Made by a program: the position numbers and the translations under genes
The notes under the pieces: generated by a model
Told to the model about the DNA's origin: nothing
Database searches by the model: none
Seen by the model: only the letters and a program-made list of their open reading frames with translations
DNA from: Patescibacteria group bacterium
GTDB taxonomy: Bacteria > Patescibacteriota > JAQUNI01
Direction of reading: 5' to 3'
Assembly (NCBI GenBank): GCA_028717685.1
Contig: JAQUNI010000002.1
Span: forward strand, 7,903 to 71,902
Length of the DNA stretch: 64,000 bases
Shown: positions 17,719 to 27,495 of the stretch, in pieces
How positions within the stretch are numbered: the stretch's first letter is position 1
Layout of the letters: every line of letters starts with the position of its first letter

Positions 17719-18987
17719 ATGATGTTCTCAAAAAATATTTTAAAAAATGGCTTGCGCGTTGTGACTGTTCCAATGCAAAACACAAAGACAGTGACGGTTT
17801 TGGTGGTCGTGGAAACTGGTTCCAAATATGAGACGAAAAAAAACAATGGAATTTCCCATGTTTTAGAGCATATGTTTTTTAAGGGCACGCAGAGGCGGCC
17901 TAATACACAGATACTCGCTTCGGAAATTGACAAGATTGGCGGGGAACACAATGCTTTTACTTCTGAAGAGTTTACCGGTTACTATGCCAAAGCGGCTTCG
18001 CGCCACGCGCGTTTGCTCTTTGATTTGATCTCTGATATGTTTTTGAATTCTAAACTGGCAGAACAGGAGTTATCTCTGGAAAAGAACGTGATTTGCGAAG
18101 AGATTAATATGTATCAAGACATACCGATGCATTATGTGGGTTATTTGTGGGAGCAGTTGCTTTATGGCGATCAACCCGCGGGCTGGCTCACTATCGGCAC
18201 CAAGGAGAATGTTCAAGGTTTTTCCAGGGAGGATTTGGTGAATTATTTGAAGAAAAGTTATGTCGCGGCTAACACCATTATTATCGTTGCTGGCGATATT
18301 GATTCACAAAAAGCTTTAACAGAGGCAAATAATTTTTTTGGTTCTACGCGCGTTGCTCCCAAACCGCGGAAAGTAAAAGTTCTGGAAAAACAGAACGAGC
18401 CCCGAATTTTGCTCCAAACCAAAAAAACCGACCAGAGTCATTTTTGCCTTGGCGTGCGGGGTTATTCTGTCCATCATCCCGATTATTATCCTCTGGAAGT
18501 TTTAACCGCGGTTTTGGGGGGAGGAATGAGTTCTCGTTTATTTATCGCAGTTCGGGAAAGAAGAGGTCTTGCTTATTATGTCCATACCAACTTTGAAAGC
18601 TATACCGATCACGGTTATCTTGTTACGCAGGCAGGCGTGGATAATAATAACACAGAGGAGGCAGTAAAAGTGGTTTTGAGTGAACTTAGGAAGGCAAGAG
18701 AACAGAAGGTTCAAGAGAAAGAGCTGAATAAGGCGAAAGAATACCTGAAGGGCAAATTGACCTTGGATTTAGAAACTTCTGATGAATACGCCTTCTGGCT
18801 GGCAGGGCAAGAGGTGGTCCGAGGAGAAATGTTGACCGAAGAGCAAATTTTTCAGAAAATTGATGCCGTGAGCAGCGTAGACGCGCAAAGGGTGGCGAAT
18901 GATATCTTTAGAAATAATAAACTGAATCTGGCAGTAATTGGACCGCAGAAGGAAAAGGAGGGATTAAAGCAGGTTCTGAATTTATGA
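17719..18987 (+). CDS. Peptidase M16 family zinc protease
   Basis: Inverted zinc motif HVLEH, NAFTS and LGGGMSSRLF..VRERRGLAY. Confidence 0.93.
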   Translation: MMFSKNILKNGLRVVTVPMQNTKTVTVLVVVETGSKYETKKNNGISHVLEHMFFKGTQRRPNTQILASEIDKIGGEHNAFTSEEFTGYYAKAASRHARLLFDLISDMFLNSKLAEQELSLEKNVICEEINMYQDIPMHYVGYLWEQLLYGDQPAGWLTIGTKENVQGFSREDLVNYLKKSYVAANTIIIVAGDIDSQKALTEANNFFGSTRVAPKPRKVKVLEKQNEPRILLQTKKTDQSHFCLGVRGYSVHHPDYYPLEVLTAVLGGGMSSRLFIAVRERRGLAYYVHTNFESYTDHGYLVTQAGVDNNNTEEAVKVVLSELRKAREQKVQEKELNKAKEYLKGKLTLDLETSDEYAFWLAGQEVVRGEMLTEEQIFQKIDAVSSVDAQRVANDIFRNNKLNLAVIGPQKEKEGLKQVLNL

Positions 18988-19138
18988 AAATTTTCAATTT
19001 CTAATTTTCAATTTTTATTAAATTTCTAATAATTTAATTTTCAAACAGTGAATAGAAACTTTTGTTGTGCGGTTATGAAGCTTTGAAAATTTAAAAATTG
19101 GGATTTGATTGAAAATTGGGATTTGAAAATTGAAAATT
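18988..19138. repeat. Empty heptamer inverted-repeat element (TTTTCAA/TTTCTAA units); sister copies at 32346-32470, 42064-42201, 48811-48976 and a single arm at 33107-33166
   Basis: Shared arm aattt(t/c)caatttctaattttcaattt(t/c)tattaaattt.. and its reverse complement on the other side of a 40-90 nt spacer. Confidence 0.85.
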
Positions 19139-19150
19139 AACCCCAAATCT

Positions 19151-20212
19151 ATGCCTAAAAAACAAGTTATCTTGAATACCTCTTCAATTGTGATTGTAAA
19201 AATTGTTCTAGTTCTGCTAGGACTAGTCTTTTTGTATTTCGTGCGAGATGTAGTGATGGTTTTATTTACGGCGGTCGTGATTTCCGCCGCGCTTAATCCG
19301 ATCGTGGATTGGCTGCAAAAAAAGCGTATTCCGCGGACCTTAAGCGTACTTTTAATCTATACTGTCCTTCTTAGTATTGTTGTTCTATCCATCTATCTTT
19401 TAATTCCGCCGATTGTCACTCAGGTCAAAGATTTAGCGAATCAATTCCCTAATCTTTATGAGCAGCTGGCGCAGAAAGGGATGAAGTTGAAGGCTTTCTC
19501 GGCGCGCGAAGATCTTCTAAGTAATATCCAAAAAGTTGTTTCTTCGTTGGGTAATAATATTACAGGAGCGACGCGCAGTATCTTTGGGACTTTAGGCACC
19601 ATTTTTGGCAGTTTTATTTCCGCTTTTGTAATTTTGGTTTTATCTTTCTATTTAACCGTGCAGAAGGATGCCTTGAAGAGTTTTATTCGAGCGATTACGC
19701 CAGCACGTCGGCAAAAGCATATTATTGAACTTGTGGATCGCGTCCAGCATAAGATTGGGCAGTGGCTGTCTGGCCAGATTTTTTTATGCTTTGTGGTAGG
19801 TATCCTGACATTTTTAGGATTAACACTTCTAGGAGTGAAGTACAGCTTAGTTTTAGCGCTTTTCGCGGGGTTGATTGAGATTATTCCTTACGTGGGTCCA
19901 GTTTTAGGAGGACTGCCGGCTGTATTTTTAGCTTTGACCCAATCGCCAATTTTAGCTTTGTTCGTAATTATCCTTTTCTTTGTTGTCCAGCAGATAGAAA
20001 ATCATATCTTGGCGCCCAAGATAATGCAAAAAACGGTGGGTTTAAACCCGATTGTAGTTATTTTAGCTTTACTCGCGGGCGGCAAGCTCGCCGGGATTTT
20101 GGGGATGATTTTGGCTATCCCTGTCGCGACCGTGGTTACCGTTTTTGTACAGGATTATATGGAGCTTAAAAATAGAGCGCAAATTGCTAAAAAACCTAAA
20201 ATAAATGTTTAG
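19151..20212 (+). CDS. AI-2E family transporter
   Basis: Multi-TM protein with IPYVGP, QQIENHILAPKIM and GLNPIVVILALLAGG motifs. Start placed at ATG 19151. Confidence 0.9.
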   Translation: MPKKQVILNTSSIVIVKIVLVLLGLVFLYFVRDVVMVLFTAVVISAALNPIVDWLQKKRIPRTLSVLLIYTVLLSIVVLSIYLLIPPIVTQVKDLANQFPNLYEQLAQKGMKLKAFSAREDLLSNIQKVVSSLGNNITGATRSIFGTLGTIFGSFISAFVILVLSFYLTVQKDALKSFIRAITPARRQKHIIELVDRVQHKIGQWLSGQIFLCFVVGILTFLGLTLLGVKYSLVLALFAGLIEIIPYVGPVLGGLPAVFLALTQSPILALFVIILFFVVQQIENHILAPKIMQKTVGLNPIVVILALLAGGKLAGILGMILAIPVATVVTVFVQDYMELKNRAQIAKKPKINV

Positions 20213-20232
20213 CGCTTGTTATTCTTAAATTT

Positions 20233-20265
20233 AAAAAACCCTCCCATTATGAGAAGAGGGTTTTT
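20233..20265. terminator. Bidirectional intrinsic terminator between convergent genes
   Basis: aaaaaaccctc...gagggttttt. Confidence 0.65.
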
Positions 20266-20276
20266 GGATAAAATCA

Positions 20277-20552
20277 TTAGCTCTCATTGTCAAGCTCAAG
20301 CTGGGACTGTTCCCCTGTCTTATCCAAAACGTTTTTTAAAGCCTTCTCCTCCAGGATTTTGATGATTTTCTGGGTCACTTGCGCTTTTTCCGGTTTGGCC
20401 GCAAATTGCGTAGCCGCATGGGTGATTTGGGCGATAACAGTTCTTTGGTCATCAAGTTCGGAAACAATTTCCAGGGCTTTAGCAATTAAATCGGCTTCAG
20501 AGGTGTTTAAGACCTCAAAGAACAAGTCCCAAAATGCTTTTTTCTGATCCAT
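20277..20552 (-). CDS. Hypothetical small helical protein
   Basis: 91-aa ORF with ATG start, followed by a terminator; no recognised motif. Confidence 0.6.
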   Translation of the reverse strand: MDQKKAFWDLFFEVLNTSEADLIAKALEIVSELDDQRTVIAQITHAATQFAAKPEKAQVTQKIIKILEEKALKNVLDKTGEQSQLELDNES

Positions 20553-20663
20553 AGAAGTAATCTAAAATGGAAAATCTAAAATATATATTTAAATCAAATT
20601 TTACATTTTAGATTTTAGTTTTTAAATTGAATTAGATTTTTAATTCTATCACAATATAAATTC

Positions 20664-22043
20664 GTGTCAAAATTCTATATTACCACCCCAATTTATTATG
20701 TAAATGATAAGCCGCATATTGGCCACGCTTATACGACAGTGGCAGCGGATGTTTTAGCACGCTGGCAGAAAATGAACGGCAAGGATGTGTTTTTTTTAAC
20801 GGGTACAGATGAGCATGGAGCAAAGATCGCAGAGGCAGCGGAAAAAGCAGGCAAAAATCCGCAGGAATTCTCCGATCAAGTCTCTGAAGAATTTAAAAAA
20901 ACGTGGAAGAACTTAGATATTGAACCTTCATATTTTATTCGGACAACTAATCCCGAACATGAAAAATTGGCAGTCGCTTTTTTAAGCCGTCTTTATGAAA
21001 AAGGTTTTTTGTATGAAAAAGATTATAAAGGGCTTTATTGTATTGGTTGTGAGAAATTTTTGACGGAAAAAGAATTGCTAGAAGGCAAATGTCCGGATCA
21101 TAATCAAAAACCCGAGATGGTTTTAGAAAAAAATTGGTTTTTCAACTTGAAGGAATTTTTACCAAAAGTTAAAGAAATAGTCGCGGGGGGTAAAATAAAG
21201 ATTGAGCCAGACACAGCTTATCAAGAGGTTTTAGGGATTTTCAAACAAGGTTTAGATGATTTTTCTATTTCGCGGCAGAAGGTAAAGTGGGGCATCCCCG
21301 TTCCTTGGGATAAGACACAAACAATTTATGTCTGGGTAGAGGCTTTGCTCAATTATTGGACTGCTCTCAAGATTGCCGACCATGAGGATTTTTGGCCGCC
21401 GGATGTGCATTTGATGAGCCACGATATTTTAAAATTTCATGCCATTTATTGGCTGGCGATGTTAGCGGCGGCAGATGTTGATCTTCCGCGCAGAATTTTT
21501 GTCCATGGTTATTTTACAATTGATGGTCAAAAGATGTCCAAGACGATAGGAAATGTGATTGATCCCAATGTTTTGGTGAAGAAGTTTGGGGTGGATGCCA
21601 CACGCTATCTTTTGCTTTCCCGGTTTCCTTTTGGGAAGGATGGCGATATCTCGGAAGCTAAGATGAAAGAGATGTATAATGCGGATTTGGCGAACGGAAT
21701 AGGAAATTTGGTGGCTCGAGTGGCGCGTTTTCAATTGCGGATTGATAAATTGCGAATTGCGAATTGCGAATTAAAAGAGTATAAAAGTTTAATGGAAGAG
21801 CTTAAATTTTATGAGGTGTTGAAGTTAATTATGAACAAAGTAAAGGAATGTAATGATATGATTGAAGAGAAGAAACCCTGGAGAATAAAAAATGAGCAGG
21901 AAATTAAGAAAACTTTAATGCCAGTGGTTGAGAAGATTATAATTATTGCGGAAATGTTGAAGCCATTTATGCCCAATGTTAGCGGAAAAATTTTAGAGAT
22001 TTTAAAGACTAGGAAGAGTGAAATTTTATTCCCCCGTATTTAA
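20664..22043 (+). CDS. metG: Methionine--tRNA ligase (short form)
   Basis: YITTPIYYVNDKPHIGHAY, GTDEHG and KMSKT motifs. In-frame TTGCGAA heptamer insert at about 21733-21772. Confidence 0.96.
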   Translation: MSKFYITTPIYYVNDKPHIGHAYTTVAADVLARWQKMNGKDVFFLTGTDEHGAKIAEAAEKAGKNPQEFSDQVSEEFKKTWKNLDIEPSYFIRTTNPEHEKLAVAFLSRLYEKGFLYEKDYKGLYCIGCEKFLTEKELLEGKCPDHNQKPEMVLEKNWFFNLKEFLPKVKEIVAGGKIKIEPDTAYQEVLGIFKQGLDDFSISRQKVKWGIPVPWDKTQTIYVWVEALLNYWTALKIADHEDFWPPDVHLMSHDILKFHAIYWLAMLAAADVDLPRRIFVHGYFTIDGQKMSKTIGNVIDPNVLVKKFGVDATRYLLLSRFPFGKDGDISEAKMKEMYNADLANGIGNLVARVARFQLRIDKLRIANCELKEYKSLMEELKFYEVLKLIMNKVKECNDMIEEKKPWRIKNEQEIKKTLMPVVEKIIIIAEMLKPFMPNVSGKILEILKTRKSEILFPRI

Positions 22044-22059
22044 TAATTTTAAATTTGTT

Positions 22060-22875
22060 ATGATTGACACCCACGCGCATTTAAATTTCAAAGACTTTAA
22101 TGAAGATTATAAGCAGGTAATCAAAGATTCGATTGATAATGGCGTAGAGACTATTATAAATGTTGGTTCAGATTTTCAAACAAGCGAGAAAGCGATTAAA
22201 ATCGCGGGGGAAAATGAAATTTGTTATGCCGCGGTTGGTATTCATCCGATTCATACGGATCGGGTGGAAGGGATGCAAGAGGAAGAAATTTTTGAAAAAT
22301 TGGTAAATTTGGCAAAGGGAAAGAAAATAGTTGCGATCGGTGAAACAGGATTAGACTATTATCATCTGCCGTCGGAACAAAAGAAAAAGGGCAAGGTGAC
22401 GCGAGCGCAAAAACAATTATTTCAAATTCATTTAAATTTGGCGAGAAAAACAAATTTGTTTTTGATTTTGCATTGCCGCGACGCCTATGATGATTTACTG
22501 CAGATTATCAATGAAACAATAAAGCAATGGAACAATGAAATTATGATGGGGGTGGTGCATTGTTTTTGCGGCAGTCTTGAAATAGCAAGAAGGTTTTTAG
22601 ATCTAGGCCTTTATGTTGGTTTTACGGGTATGGTTACATATCCGGGCAATGAAAATTTGTCGCAGGTAATCCGTGAAATTCCGTTGGAAAAAATTTTAGT
22701 GGAAACGGATTGCCCGTACCTGCCGCCTCAGGAAAAACGTGGGGAAAGGAATTTGCCATACTATGTGAAATATACAATCCAAAAAATCGCGGAAATGAAG
22801 GGTTTAGATTATAAGGAAATGGAAAAGACTTTAAGTAAGAATGCAACTAATGCTTTTAATTTATCAATTACTTAA
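22060..22875 (+). CDS. tatD: TatD family DNase
   Basis: MIDTHAH, GIHP, IGETGLDY, LHCR, VHCF and ETDCPY motifs. Confidence 0.95.
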   Translation: MIDTHAHLNFKDFNEDYKQVIKDSIDNGVETIINVGSDFQTSEKAIKIAGENEICYAAVGIHPIHTDRVEGMQEEEIFEKLVNLAKGKKIVAIGETGLDYYHLPSEQKKKGKVTRAQKQLFQIHLNLARKTNLFLILHCRDAYDDLLQIINETIKQWNNEIMMGVVHCFCGSLEIARRFLDLGLYVGFTGMVTYPGNENLSQVIREIPLEKILVETDCPYLPPQEKRGERNLPYYVKYTIQKIAEMKGLDYKEMEKTLSKNATNAFNLSIT

Positions 22876-22898
22876 TTGCGGATTGCGCATTGCGGATT

Positions 22899-23000
22899 AT
22901 GAAGATCAAAAAATTTGAAGAATTACCAATTTGGAAACTCAGTTTACCTTGAATCGCGAAATGTATCGTCTATTAACGAGGGAGTCCCTCACCTTTTGTA
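22899..23000 (+). pseudogene. Frameshifted 5' remnant of a four-helix-bundle gene
   Basis: ATG 22899 gives MKIKKFEELPIWKLSL, then after a frameshift LNREMYRL, resembling the family N-terminus (F-E-D-L-x-x-W...IY). Preceded by TTGCGxA heptamers. Confidence 0.6.
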
Positions 23001-23213
23001 AAAGATGGGGGACGACCGAAGCCCGCCCTCCTCGCACTCCCGCGAAGCTTGCGAGCGGGCAGGCAATCTCCTAAATCTGTATAAATACAGCTCGATGAGA
23101 TTGCTTCGTCGTCCGCTTAGGGCGGACTCCTCGCAATGACAAAATAAATTTCGTAATTCAAGGTTGAAAAGTAATGCGCAATTCGAAATTGATGAATTAA
23201 ATAATTTATTGAA

Positions 23214-25709
23214 ATGTATAATCACAAAGAAATAGAAAAAAAATGGCAAAAGAAATGGGAAAAAGATAGACTTTACAAATCCCAGGATTTTAGCGATAAA
23301 CCCAAATTTTATTGCTTGGATATGTTCCCCTATCCTTCGGGCGCGGGTCTGCACGTGGGGCACCCCGAGGGTTACACGGCAACAGACATTGTTTCCCGCT
23401 ACAAGCGGATGAATGGCTATAATGTCCTGCATCCGATGGGTTGGGACGCTTTCGGGTTACCCGCGGAAAATTACGCGATTAAGACTAAGGTTCACCCCGA
23501 TAAAAGCACGCACGAGAATATTAATCGTTTTCGGGAACAGATTCAGTCCTTAGGTTTATCTTACGACTGGGAACGGGAAGTGGACACTTCCAGCCCGGAA
23601 TATTACAAATGGACACAGTGGTTTTTCCTCTTTTTGTATAAAAACGGCTGGGCTTATCGCAAAAAAGCGCCGGTGAATTGGTGTCCTTCCTGCCAGACTG
23701 TGCTTGCGAATGAACAGGTGATTGATGGCGCGTGCGACCGTTGCAAAACTAAAGTTATTCAAAAAGAACTTAAACAGTGGTTTTTCAAGATTACCGATTT
23801 TGCCGAAGAATTAATCGCTGGTTTGGATAAAATTGACTGGCCAGAATCAACCAAAATTATGCAGAGGCATTGGATTGGAAAGAGCGAGGGGGCCGAAATA
23901 AAATTTTCAATTTTCAATTTTCAATTTTCAATTAGTGTTTTTACGACAAGACCGGATACAATTTTTGGGGCTACTTATTTGGTTTTGGCACCGGAACATA
24001 AAATTGTAGAAAAGTTAAAAGATAAAATTGAAAATTATGCAGAAATAGAGAAATATGTTTTGGCATCTAAGAAAAAAACGGAAAGGGAAAGATTAGCGCA
24101 AGAAAAGGAGAAGACAGGCGTGGAATTGAAAGGTATCAAAGCTATAAATCCGGCTAATAATCAAGAAATCCCCATTTTTATTGCAGATTATGTGCTCAAG
24201 GGTTATGGCACGGGTGCGATTATGGCGGTGCCAAAACATGATTTACGTGATTATTTATTTGCTCAAAAGTATAATTTACCAATAGTTGAGGTGATAAAAC
24301 TATGTGAAATTAAAAATGAAAAATTAAAAATTAAAAATCACAATTTAAAATTTAAAAATAATAGAGAGGAAGAATTAGTTTATGAAGATGAGGGGGTATT
24401 AGTTAACTCTGGCGAATTTAACGGGTTGGATTCGGAAGCAGCGAGGGAAAAAATCACCGAATGGCTAGCTACAAAGGGATTAGCCAAGAAAAAAATAAAT
24501 TACAAACTCCGTGATTGGCTGATTTCGCGGCAAAGATATTGGGGCGCGCCGATTCCTATATTTTATTGTGAAAAATGCGGCGAGGTGCCAGTATCAGAAG
24601 AAGATTTGCCGGTGTTATTGCCTCGCGATGTAGATTTTATGCCGCACGGAGAATCGCCGCTTACGCGCTCTAAGGAATTTCATAAAGTCAAATGCCCAAA
24701 ATGCGGGGGGAAGGCGCGGCGCGAATCAGATACTATGGATACCTTCGTCTGTTCTTCCTGGTATTTTTTTCGGTATTGCGATCCCAAAAATGCAGAAGAA
24801 TTTGCTTCCAAGAAACTTTTAAAATATTGGATGCCCGTTGATTTATATGTGGGCGGCGCGGAACATACGGTTCTGCATTTGCTATACTCCCGCTTTTTTA
24901 CCAAAGCCCTGCATAAAAAGGGCTTAATCAATTTTGACGAGCCTTTCTTAAAACTCCGTCACCAAGGAATGATTTTAGCCGAAGACGGTCGCAAGATGAG
25001 CAAGAGTTTAGGCAATGTGATTAATCCAGATGAGGTGGTAGAAAAGTATGGCGCCGACACAATGCGGATGTATGAGATGTTTATGGGACCGTTTGAAGAT
25101 TCTATCGCTTGGAACACCAAAGGGGTGATTGGAGTGCGAAGGTTTTTGGAAAAAGTGTGGAAGATAAAGTCAGGAATCAGGAACCAGGAATCAGGAACCA
25201 GGAATAATAAGCTAGATGGCTTGGTTCATAGAATAATTAAAAAGGTGGGTGTTGATATTGAGAACTTTAAGTTTAATACCGCGGTGGCGAGTTTAATGAT
25301 TTTGGTGAACCATATGGAAAGGGAAGAATTTATCCCCCAGCATTTATTTGAATCATTTTTAAAAATTTTATCGCCTTTCGCGCCACATTTGGCGGAAGAA
25401 TTATGGACACAGCTTGGATACAAAGTCGGAGATGCCGAAGGTAGTGGAACTGCTGACGAAGGAAGTAAGAGTATTTTTGTTGAAAAATGGCCAGAATATG
25501 ATTTGCGATTAGTGCAAGAGGACGAAGTGGACTTAGTGATTCAGGTGAATGGCAAGGTGCGGGCGGTCGTTCAGGTAAAGACGGATATTTCCGAAAGCGA
25601 AGCTAAAAAAATCGCTCTGAAACAGGAAAAAATTAAGAAATGGATAGGCGGCAAGAAAGTCCGCAAATTTATTTTCGTGCCAGGCAGGCTGATTAATATT
25701 GTTATTTAA
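23214..25709 (+). CDS. leuS: Leucine--tRNA ligase
   Basis: MFPYPSGAGLHVGH, GWDAFGLPAEN, SRQRYWGAPIP and KMSKS motifs; three in-frame heptamer inserts. Confidence 0.97.
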   Translation: MYNHKEIEKKWQKKWEKDRLYKSQDFSDKPKFYCLDMFPYPSGAGLHVGHPEGYTATDIVSRYKRMNGYNVLHPMGWDAFGLPAENYAIKTKVHPDKSTHENINRFREQIQSLGLSYDWEREVDTSSPEYYKWTQWFFLFLYKNGWAYRKKAPVNWCPSCQTVLANEQVIDGACDRCKTKVIQKELKQWFFKITDFAEELIAGLDKIDWPESTKIMQRHWIGKSEGAEIKFSIFNFQFSISVFTTRPDTIFGATYLVLAPEHKIVEKLKDKIENYAEIEKYVLASKKKTERERLAQEKEKTGVELKGIKAINPANNQEIPIFIADYVLKGYGTGAIMAVPKHDLRDYLFAQKYNLPIVEVIKLCEIKNEKLKIKNHNLKFKNNREEELVYEDEGVLVNSGEFNGLDSEAAREKITEWLATKGLAKKKINYKLRDWLISRQRYWGAPIPIFYCEKCGEVPVSEEDLPVLLPRDVDFMPHGESPLTRSKEFHKVKCPKCGGKARRESDTMDTFVCSSWYFFRYCDPKNAEEFASKKLLKYWMPVDLYVGGAEHTVLHLLYSRFFTKALHKKGLINFDEPFLKLRHQGMILAEDGRKMSKSLGNVINPDEVVEKYGADTMRMYEMFMGPFEDSIAWNTKGVIGVRRFLEKVWKIKSGIRNQESGTRNNKLDGLVHRIIKKVGVDIENFKFNTAVASLMILVNHMEREEFIPQHLFESFLKILSPFAPHLAEELWTQLGYKVGDAEGSGTADEGSKSIFVEKWPEYDLRLVQEDEVDLVIQVNGKVRAVVQVKTDISESEAKKIALKQEKIKKWIGGKKVRKFIFVPGRLINIVI

Positions 25710-25785
25710 CATTGCTGCATTGGTTTCTGAAACCAAATTTTCTGTAAATTGGGAATCCTGATAAAAGAAGGGAAGGAGAGAAGAG

Positions 25786-26517
25786 ATGAGTGATATTCTG
25801 GAAGTACTGACAAAGGAAGTATATGTGACCTTAGATGGTGAAAAGTTTGATCTTAGTAAGTTATCCCGAGAAGAGTGGAGAGTGTATTGGGTCGTGCGGC
25901 AATTTTGGGGAAAAGTGCCGAGGCCTGGGTGGGCAGGCGAGTTCCCGAATTTTTGGTCAAGCCAGTTAGTAAATCTATATGGCGGAGAGCAGCAGATGTT
26001 GGGCACAGTTCTTTATGAAATTTGTCAAGATTTGGAGGCATATTTGGGCATTAAACAGGGCTATATTATGCCGCCTGAAGAATGTTATCGGTTCTTGAAA
26101 GATCGGGGCATAGCGTGTAGGGGTAAGCTTATTTTTTTCTTTTATGCTGTGAGGAGTTTCAGAGGGCTGACAGAAGAGAGGGTGCAAAGCTACCTTTATC
26201 TTTTGCACCTTATGAAAATATTGCCCTTGTTGGGATATCCCTTCAGGCACAGACCAGAACCACATAGCGACTATTTACAAACTGATCTTGAGGGTCTTAC
26301 TGCCGCCGGATATTTGGAAGCAGGATCAGAAGGGGTTACTATTACGGAACAGGGAGTGTCTTGGGTAGAGAAAGAAATCCCTCCGGTTCCCGTGTGCCAG
26401 TTACTGGAGGATATAATCAGGGTTAAGACTGAAGAGTTTGTCGTTTTATCTGATCCGGAGTTGTTTGGCGCAGTACTTCAAGAGTATGGCAAGAGCCATG
26501 CTTTGCGGGCTGCTTAA
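25786..26517 (+). CDS. Hypothetical protein; C-terminal half resembles YwgA/SocA-like winged helix
   Basis: RVQSYLYLL...GYPF...PHSDYLQTDLEGL..AGYL...ITEQG pattern; purine-rich RBS upstream. Confidence 0.5.
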   Translation: MSDILEVLTKEVYVTLDGEKFDLSKLSREEWRVYWVVRQFWGKVPRPGWAGEFPNFWSSQLVNLYGGEQQMLGTVLYEICQDLEAYLGIKQGYIMPPEECYRFLKDRGIACRGKLIFFFYAVRSFRGLTEERVQSYLYLLHLMKILPLLGYPFRHRPEPHSDYLQTDLEGLTAAGYLEAGSEGVTITEQGVSWVEKEIPPVPVCQLLEDIIRVKTEEFVVLSDPELFGAVLQEYGKSHALRAA

Positions 26518-26746
26518 AATAGGAGCGATGAGGTCAAAATTATTGGCCTCTATTTTTTTGACACTCCGCAGGAATTAATGGTTTAATTTAGGGAAAATTG
26601 AACCAAAGCAGTGATTGTAATATTTTATGATTTATCAGTTAGATTTGACAGATTTGGATGTTTGCTGTATCCTTTTATCTTGGCTCTCTAATGGGTAAAA
26701 ACTAGCAGAACTTCAATTTTTTTATTAAATCTTAAGATTCTAGCAT

Positions 26747-27208
26747 ATGAAGAAACTCATTTTTTCGGTCGGAGTAGGCGTTTTAGCCTTTTGCAGCGTA
26801 GGATTCTCGGCCCAGGCGCATTGTAATTGGGCTTGCCAGGATCCCGAGTATGACTGGGTGATTAAGCCAGAAGTCCTTGGCGATAGATTGAAGATTATCG
26901 CCAACCCGGCATTTACTTGCGCACCAGGGTGCGGGGACAAAATTGTGATTACGGGCGACCCAGACAAGTGGAAATACGCATGGGAAATGAAATGGACCAA
27001 CCAGGGCTATGTTGCCTATATCCCTTTGAGCAAGCTGCCCAGAGGGCGCAAAATTCGCATGAATTACGCGATTCGCAGTTATAACAACAACACTTGTTGG
27101 GCTTTGTATTCAGAAGACAATGATGATGAATGGACCGGTCCAGGGAGCCACGGCGGCACGATTATTGACTTTATGATTCAAGGCAGGCGGGTGGTGCCAG
27201 TGGATTAA
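26747..27208 (+). CDS. Secreted hypothetical protein
   Basis: Signal peptide MKKLIFSVGVGVLAFCSVGFSAQA; Cys- and Trp-rich mature part. Confidence 0.7.
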   Translation: MKKLIFSVGVGVLAFCSVGFSAQAHCNWACQDPEYDWVIKPEVLGDRLKIIANPAFTCAPGCGDKIVITGDPDKWKYAWEMKWTNQGYVAYIPLSKLPRGRKIRMNYAIRSYNNNTCWALYSEDNDDEWTGPGSHGGTIIDFMIQGRRVVPVD

Positions 27209-27221
27209 AGAATTTTTGAAA

Positions 27222-27260
27222 TAAACAAGATCGCCTTTCAAGATAAGGCGATCTTGTTTA
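27222..27260 (+). terminator. Strong hairpin or terminator
   Basis: Perfect 16-bp stem taaacaagatcgcctt / aaggcgatcttgttta right after the ORF stop. Confidence 0.7.
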
Positions 27261-27495
27261 TTTACTTTGGTAACGATGATTTGTTATAATGGAAAAGTAG
27301 AAAATATAATTGATATTATGGAAGCTTTTGGGATCAATCCATAATATATATGTTTTCTAGATGCGGATGTAACTAATTTAGAAAGAGACATTGAACCAAC
27401 GAAAAAGGAGGGTTTTTGGGCTCATTGTCAACCGAATAACCGAATGGTGGTATAAGGGTTGTTTTGCGCGAAATGGCGCAGAAAGGATAGGAAAA

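Noticed and set aside
20664-22043. Short MetRS as a possible pseudogene
   Set aside because: Catalytic and anticodon-binding regions are present; lack of the C-terminal dimerisation domain is common.
22989-23432. 147-aa minus-strand ORF
   Set aside because: It is antisense to leuS and runs through palindromic repeats (CHCEE...RRSNL is the translated repeat).
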